Source: Candidatus Marinacidobacterales bacterium (GTDB lineage Bacteria; Acidobacteriota; Vicinamibacteria; Marinacidobacterales; SMYC01). From it: 64,000 nt of DNA. Under the pieces are notes generated by a model that had not been told where the DNA came from, did not search any database, and saw only the letters and a list, made by a program, of their open reading frames with translations. The stretch covers positions 480,001 through 544,000 of the forward strand of contig CBDCYI010000005.1 of assembly GCA_965224085.1 (NCBI GenBank), read 5' to 3'. The position numbers were made by a program, and so were the translations under genes. Positions 58,943 through 64,000 of the stretch are shown piece by piece (position 1 is the stretch's first letter; the number at the start of each line of letters is the position of its first letter).

Positions 58943-59707
58943 ATGAAGAAGCTAGTCCTGATTGCATCTCTCGCTCTCGCGCTCATGGTCGCCTGCGGCG
59001 GTGGCGGAGAGGATGTCTCGGCACCGGCAGCGTCAGCGGCTCCGGCCGCACCCGCCTTCGACCCCGCCACCGCGGGCGCCGTGACGGGCACGGTCACGCT
59101 CGCAGGTGATGCGCCAGAAATGAGCACCATCCAGATGGCCGCCGACCCGAACTGCGCTCGATTGCATTCCGAGGCGGTCACGAACGAGTTCGTCGTTGTC
59201 GGCGAAGGCGGGACCCTGGCCAACGCGTTCGTGTACGTCAAGAGCGGTATTGAGGGATCGTTCCCTCCGCCAAGCGAGCCCGTTGTGCTCAACCAGGAAG
59301 GCTGCCTCTACACGCCTCACGTCCTGGGCATTCAAGTCGGCCAGACGCTCCAAATCGTCAATAGCGACGAGACGCTCCACAACATCCACGCCATGCCGAA
59401 GAACAACAAAGAGTTCAACATCGGGCAGCCTATCAAAGGCTTGAAAACGGACAAGACCTTCGACAATGTCGAGGTTATGGTTCCCTTCAAATGCGACGTG
59501 CACAAGTGGATGAACAGCTACGCGGGCGTTCTCGATCATCCATATTTCGCGGTGACCGGGCTCGACGGCTCCTTCAATATTCCGGACCTTCCCCCTGGCA
59601 ACTACGTCGTCGAAGCGTGGCACGAGCGGCTCGGAACGCAAGAGATGAACATCACGGTTGGCGAGAAAGAGACCGTCGAAGCGAGCTTTGCGTTCAGCGG
59701 AGAGTAG
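58943..59707 (+). CDS. Lipoprotein with cupredoxin-like and carboxypeptidase-regulatory-like domains
   Basis: Lipobox MVAC; QEGC.YTPHV, NSD..LHNIH, KCDVHKWM, HPYFAVT, WHE. Confidence 0.82.
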   Translation: MKKLVLIASLALALMVACGGGGEDVSAPAASAAPAAPAFDPATAGAVTGTVTLAGDAPEMSTIQMAADPNCARLHSEAVTNEFVVVGEGGTLANAFVYVKSGIEGSFPPPSEPVVLNQEGCLYTPHVLGIQVGQTLQIVNSDETLHNIHAMPKNNKEFNIGQPIKGLKTDKTFDNVEVMVPFKCDVHKWMNSYAGVLDHPYFAVTGLDGSFNIPDLPPGNYVVEAWHERLGTQEMNITVGEKETVEASFAFSGE

Positions 59708-59720
59708 ATTTTTCGAAAAT

Positions 59721-59755
59721 GGCCCTCGCCTAATCGGGCGAGGGTCCTTTTTTTT
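59721..59755 (+). terminator. Intrinsic terminator between convergent genes
   Basis: ggccctcgcc-loop-ggcgagggtc followed by T8. Confidence 0.85.
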
Positions 59756-59761
59756 GTCCCG

Positions 59762-60646
59762 CTACCGGCTGCCTGCTACTTGCTGTCGGGTCAAAGCTGT
59801 GGCAGCTAGTAGAACTAGCAGGATCCAGATGACGTCGGAGACGGCTAGGTGGGCGAGCTGCATCCACACTGGGGCCTTGAGGTAGACGTTGGCGGCGCCA
59901 ACGGCGAGTTGGGCCGATAACATCATTACCAGCGGCCGGCCGTATGGTTTCTCCCTCCATCCCACCCACGCGGCGAAGAGGGCGACTCCGATGGCGACGG
60001 TCGGGTGGTAGAGTCGGGTTGCCAGCAAGCTCGCTAAGAGGGGAGATTCATCGGGCCTAACGCCTTCGGTCAGCAGCAGCGTGTCTCCCAGTGCTGTAAC
60101 GGCGCCGCTCGTACCCACGAGGAGAACACCCGCGAGGACGAGCGTCAGCGGTACGAGGCTCGGTCCCCGAAGAGCAAGCTTGCGCTCGCCGCCCGCGAGC
60201 CAGGCGGTAAGGGTCACGGCGCCTAGAAGCAGGAACGTATTCAAGAGGTGGAAGGCCATCACGTAGACGCGCTCGACGGAGTCATTCGCGGCCACCCACT
60301 CGAACGTGACGAGTCCCGCGCCCAGAAGCGATTCCGTGACGATGAAAAAAAGCGAGCAAACGGCACCTTTGCGGACGGCGTGGCCCCGCGGATAGACGCG
60401 GAAAGCCGCCACAACGAGACCGAGAACGAACACGCCCAAGAGGCCGCTCGTGAGGCGGTGGCCGAACTCGATGAGAGTCTCGACTCGTGGCGAGTGCGGG
60501 ATGACCTCGCCGTTACAGAGCGGCCAGTGGCTCCCACAGCCAGCACCGGAGCCCGTGGCCCGCACGAACGCTCCCCAGAGGATGACGAGAACGGTGTAGC
60601 CGAGAAGGAACCAAGAGACGGAAGCGAATCGCCGATTCACGACCAA
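59762..60646 (-). CDS. ctaA: Haem A synthase (COX15/CtaA family)
   Basis: GAFVRATGSGAGC..WPLCNG, IEFGHR, conserved His-bearing TM helices. Confidence 0.85.
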   Translation of the reverse strand: MVVNRRFASVSWFLLGYTVLVILWGAFVRATGSGAGCGSHWPLCNGEVIPHSPRVETLIEFGHRLTSGLLGVFVLGLVVAAFRVYPRGHAVRKGAVCSLFFIVTESLLGAGLVTFEWVAANDSVERVYVMAFHLLNTFLLLGAVTLTAWLAGGERKLALRGPSLVPLTLVLAGVLLVGTSGAVTALGDTLLLTEGVRPDESPLLASLLATRLYHPTVAIGVALFAAWVGWREKPYGRPLVMMLSAQLAVGAANVYLKAPVWMQLAHLAVSDVIWILLVLLAATALTRQQVAGSR

Positions 60647-60653
60647 CCTCCCC

Positions 60654-60920
60654 CTACGCGGGAGAGGTACCTTTGTTCACGCGGCGAAGGCCCTTTTCTC
60701 GCTGGTGGCGCTTCCACAGCCATGAGGCGCCGACCACGCTGAAAACGAAATACGGCATGGCGAGCAGGAAGAGGATTCCGCGGTTGAAGCCGGCGGCCAT
60801 CTCGCCGCCATTTTGCTCGAGCGCCGTCACGCACATCGCGCACTGCGCCTGCGCGAGCCCGGGCGCGAGCACGACGGCCGCGACGACGGCCGAGAGCGTC
60901 AAGACCACACGGCCCGTCAT
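60654..60920 (-). CDS. Small membrane protein with QCAMC motif
   Basis: AQCAMC, GFNRGILFLLAMPY; coupled to coxIV and ctaA. Confidence 0.78.
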   Translation of the reverse strand: MTGRVVLTLSAVVAAVVLAPGLAQAQCAMCVTALEQNGGEMAAGFNRGILFLLAMPYFVFSVVGASWLWKRHQREKGLRRVNKGTSPA

Positions 60921-61234
60921 TTGTGGATGCTGTTCTCCAGAATGTGGCCGCCGTCATAAGCGGGGACGAGGAACATCAAAACGCTCGTCAGGAAAATACC
61001 GACGAGGACCGTCAACACCAATCCTTTGTGCTCGAAGCGTAAATGCATGAAGTAAAAGATGATCAGCGTCGCTTTGGTGGCAGATCCAAGAAGCAGCAGG
61101 ATCACTTTCGGCGCCTGCGACAGTGGCGATTCTCCGATGAAGATCATCGTGACCGTGAGCACCCCGAGGACGGCCAGGATCTTCGCATATTGGAGATAGA
61201 CTTTCTTTCCTGATTCAGCTGGATGTTCGGACAT
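60917..61234 (-). CDS. Cytochrome c oxidase subunit IV
   Basis: KATLIIFYFMHLRFE; three TM helices. Confidence 0.88.
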   Translation of the reverse strand: MSEHPAESGKKVYLQYAKILAVLGVLTVTMIFIGESPLSQAPKVILLLLGSATKATLIIFYFMHLRFEHKGLVLTVLVGIFLTSVLMFLVPAYDGGHILENSIHK

Positions 61235-61256
61235 CGCTGATTACTCCTTGCCTCGT

Positions 61257-61889
61257 TTACACCAAATAGAACAGAGCGAAGACGAAGACCCATACGAGGT
61301 CGACGAAATGCCAATAGAGCCCAGCGTTCTCGACGCCCATCGCCGAGTACTTCCCCATCGCCGAGCGGATAGCGACAACGAGCAGAATGATGACACCCGT
61401 GGTGACGTGCATTCCGTGAAAGCCCGTGATGACGAAAAAGCTCGCGCTGAAAGTACCGATACCCTCGGCTTGCCACGGGTTGCTCGTGAGACGCGCACCC
61501 TCGTGAATAAAATGGCTCCACTCATAGACTTGCATGCCGAGAAAGGACACGCCACCGAGAATCGTCAGCCATAGAAACGTCGTGACGTGCTTCTTGTTGC
61601 CCGCGTTGGCGGCAGAGACGCCGCACGCCATCGTCCAGCTGCTGGCGATGAGGGTGAACGTCATGAGCGTGATGTAGTTCATGTCGAAGGCGACGTTCTG
61701 ATCGGGCCAAGTGGGGCTCGCCACCCGGACGACACCGTAGCTAACGAGAAGGCCCGCGAAGAGCAGAGCATCGGTGATGATGAAGATCCACATCATCAAC
61801 TTTTGCCAGCCGATATCGAACGGGAGACTGCCTTCGCCGAAAAGCGAACCCGCTGCCACTCCAGCGTGTCCAGCCTGGCTATCGCTCAT
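61257..61889 (-). CDS. ctaE: Haem-copper oxidase subunit III
   Basis: KLMMWIFIITDALLF, TGFHGMHV, GLYWHFVDLVW. Confidence 0.92.
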   Translation of the reverse strand: MSDSQAGHAGVAAGSLFGEGSLPFDIGWQKLMMWIFIITDALLFAGLLVSYGVVRVASPTWPDQNVAFDMNYITLMTFTLIASSWTMACGVSAANAGNKKHVTTFLWLTILGGVSFLGMQVYEWSHFIHEGARLTSNPWQAEGIGTFSASFFVITGFHGMHVTTGVIILLVVAIRSAMGKYSAMGVENAGLYWHFVDLVWVFVFALFYLV

Positions 61890-61975
61890 ATTCACCTCCT
61901 CTTTCGCCCACGCTAATTCGCTTTGGGCGAAAACTCGCCATAGCCCCCGCTATTCACGGTGGGCGACGGCGGGCC

Positions 61976-62617
61976 CTACAGATAAAACAAAACCACAATC
62001 AAATAGACCCAAATAGCGCCCACGAAATGCCAATAAGTCGCACAGATGCTAGGCGAGCTCGAGTCCCCCGGCGTCAGCTGGTATCGCGTCGCCAACATCA
62101 AAACATAGAAAAGTGCGAGAACGCCCACGAGCAGATGCACCGCGTGAACCCCCGTCAACACGTAGAAGAACGAGCTGTGGGGATGACTCTGAAGATAAAT
62201 CCCCTGGCTCGCGAGCTGGTTCCAAGCAGCCACCTGGCCCGCGATGAACAAGGAACCGAGCATCGCTGTCACTGCAGTCCACTTGCGGAAGGCGACCGGC
62301 CGCCAGCTCTGAAAGGCCCGCTTTCCGAGCTCCATCGTCACGCTCGAGAACAGAAGGATCGCCGTATTGGCCCAAATGAGCGATGGGGCAGCGAGCGGGA
62401 CCCAGTCCTCCCCGGCGCTCCGAACGATATAGGCACTCGTGAAGGCCGCGAAGAGCATGGTGACGGAGCCGAGTGCTACCCGCAAGCCGAGCTTGGCCGT
62501 CTCCGCGCGCTTTTCGGACTCGCCGCCCGAGCCGTAATCACCGAAACCTCGGTCGACGAAATCACCGCTGCCCCCGTCGCCGCTTTTGGTCTTCGGTATG
62601 GTTAGCGTTTCGGCCAC
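61976..62617 (-). CDS. Haem-copper oxidase subunit III (second paralogue)
   Basis: MLFAAFTSAY, NT.ILL.SS, FFYVLTGVHAVH, YWHF. Confidence 0.9.
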   Translation of the reverse strand: MAETLTIPKTKSGDGGSGDFVDRGFGDYGSGGESEKRAETAKLGLRVALGSVTMLFAAFTSAYIVRSAGEDWVPLAAPSLIWANTAILLFSSVTMELGKRAFQSWRPVAFRKWTAVTAMLGSLFIAGQVAAWNQLASQGIYLQSHPHSSFFYVLTGVHAVHLLVGVLALFYVLMLATRYQLTPGDSSSPSICATYWHFVGAIWVYLIVVLFYL

Positions 62618-62618
62618 G

Positions 62619-63515
62619 TCACCCCACTTTCCCGTCGAAGGCAAGCAAGGCGAGAACCAGCGGCAAGTAGAAAAGCGATGCAACGAGAAGCTGCACGGCG
62701 CGCGCTCGGGCCGTACCGTCACCGAGCCGCGCGGCGAAGACGACCAGCAGGGCGCCGAGCACCGAAGCACCCACGAGATAGACGACTCCGGTCATCCCGC
62801 CCATCGCAGGCACGAGGCTCACGAGAAGCAACAGCACGCAAGCGGTGACCGTGCGAAGCTGGGTCCCACGGATCGGCATGGCGCAGTAGCCGATCTTCGC
62901 ATAGTCGTCGCGATAGGCCGCCGCGATCGCCCATGTGTGCGGGAACTGCCAAAAGAAGAGGATGGTAAACAAGCTCCACGCGAGTGGGCCGAGACTGCCT
63001 TGAACCGCGCTAAAACCCATGAGCGGAGGGATCGCACCCGAGATGGCGCCTGGAAATGTCGACCACGCCGAGCGCGACTTCATCGGGGTGTAAACCAGGA
63101 CGTAGATTACCGTCGCGGCGAGCGCCAGCACGCCGCAAAGTGGGCCGGCCTCGATGAACAAAATCGCATGTCCGGCAATCGAGCAAACGCTCGCCACCGC
63201 AAAAGCTTCCGATGGGCGCAGGCGGCCCGCTGGAATCGGACGCTCGGCCGTCCGCTGCATACGCGCGTCGGACTCGTGCTCGAGGACTTGGTTGAACGCG
63301 TTGGCGCTGGCGACGACGAGAAAGGTGCCGATGCCGAACCAAAGAAGATGCCCCAGCACCAGCTCGCTCGATGCGAGCCAATAGCCGACGAGCGCCGACA
63401 TCAACACCATCGCAGAAAGTCGTGCTTTGCCGAGCTGGACGTAATCGCGCAAGCGCTCGCGGATCTCGAAACTCCACGCGCCAGATGCCAGGTGAACGTC
63501 GCCTCCCACGGACAT
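62619..63515 (-). CDS. ctaB: Protoheme IX farnesyltransferase (haem O synthase)
   Basis: NQVLE..D..M.RT..RP.P.G, YTPMK, GAIPP..G, WQFPH, DDY. Confidence 0.95.
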   Translation of the reverse strand: MSVGGDVHLASGAWSFEIRERLRDYVQLGKARLSAMVLMSALVGYWLASSELVLGHLLWFGIGTFLVVASANAFNQVLEHESDARMQRTAERPIPAGRLRPSEAFAVASVCSIAGHAILFIEAGPLCGVLALAATVIYVLVYTPMKSRSAWSTFPGAISGAIPPLMGFSAVQGSLGPLAWSLFTILFFWQFPHTWAIAAAYRDDYAKIGYCAMPIRGTQLRTVTACVLLLLVSLVPAMGGMTGVVYLVGASVLGALLVVFAARLGDGTARARAVQLLVASLFYLPLVLALLAFDGKVG

Positions 63516-63525
63516 CGGTTGGATC

Positions 63526-64000
63526 CTATTGGGGCGCCTTTACTTTGGCCGGCGGCTGCCACTGTGGAGCATGGTCCCCTTCTTCGTCCGGGTGCTGATA
63601 GTCGTAGGGCCAACGGTGAACTTCGGGAATCTCACCCGGCCAGTTGCCGTGGCCGGGCTCGATCGGCGTCGACCACTCTAACGTGTTGGCATGCCAAGGG
63701 TTCTCGGACTCGACCTTCTTGCCTTTGAACATGCTCCAGAAGTAATTGACGAGGAAAATGACTTGGGCGACGCCAAGAATGAAAGCGCTGATGCTGATGA
63801 ACGTGTTGACGTTTTGGAACGGTTTCAAGTAGTCGTAGGTATTCGGGTCGTAGATGCGCCGCATCATGCCCGCGATCCCGAGATAGTGCATCGGGAAGAA
63901 CACACCGTAATACGTGAGGAACGTGAGCCAGAAGTGCACTTTCGAAAGCGGCTCGTTCATGTGGCGCCCGAACATCTTTGGGAACCAGTAATAGACCGCC
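63526..64000 (-). CDS. ctaD: Cytochrome c oxidase subunit I, C-terminal part (continues beyond window)
   Basis: YYWFPKMFGR, HFW, FFPMHYLG..GM.RR, NPW..TLEW. Confidence 0.95.
   Translation of the reverse strand, partial: AVYYWFPKMFGRHMNEPLSKVHFWLTFLTYYGVFFPMHYLGIAGMMRRIYDPNTYDYLKPFQNVNTFISISAFILGVAQVIFLVNYFWSMFKGKKVESENPWHANTLEWSTPIEPGHGNWPGEIPEVHRWPYDYQHPDEEGDHAPQWQPPAKVKAPQ

Noticed and set aside
1-64000. CRISPR array, rRNA, retron or reverse transcriptase
   Set aside because: No regularly spaced repeats, rRNA-like sequence or RT motifs found by eye.

Overview
GC-rich bacterial chromosome segment. The gene repertoire (Acidobacterial-type VWA protein, PD40/TolB-repeat kinase remnants, VPS10/BNR protein, split coxIII operon) suggests Acidobacteriota; this is an inference. 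The left 38 kb is heavily eroded: nine IS copies or fragments (two ISNCY/IS5-like, two IS903-group IS5, IS1634, IS6, three tnpA-only IS200) plus many truncated, fused or frameshifted genes. Intact genes include prfC, tRNA-Met, several peptidases/amidohydrolases, a PQQ + haem c alcohol dehydrogenase, a PptH-like hydrolase facing an Sfp-type PPTase, URC1/URC4-like genes, ypdA, a BrnT/BrnA pair, a MenA/MenT-like pair, a lone rpoZ-like gene and the distal part of a haem-copper oxidase operon. The most notable unannotated structure is an Ile/Val leader-peptide attenuator (consensus promoter, leader, antiterminator, terminator). An IS200 sits immediately behind its terminator, and the ilvG that follows is fused in frame to an IS5 transposase. 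Also notable: the IS200 ends obey the IS608 guide/cleavage code and stack in tandem, and many genes have a -10 box 6-8 nt before the start codon (leaderless layout). No CRISPR array, rRNA or prophage was seen. All family calls are from motif recognition by eye; no database search was run.
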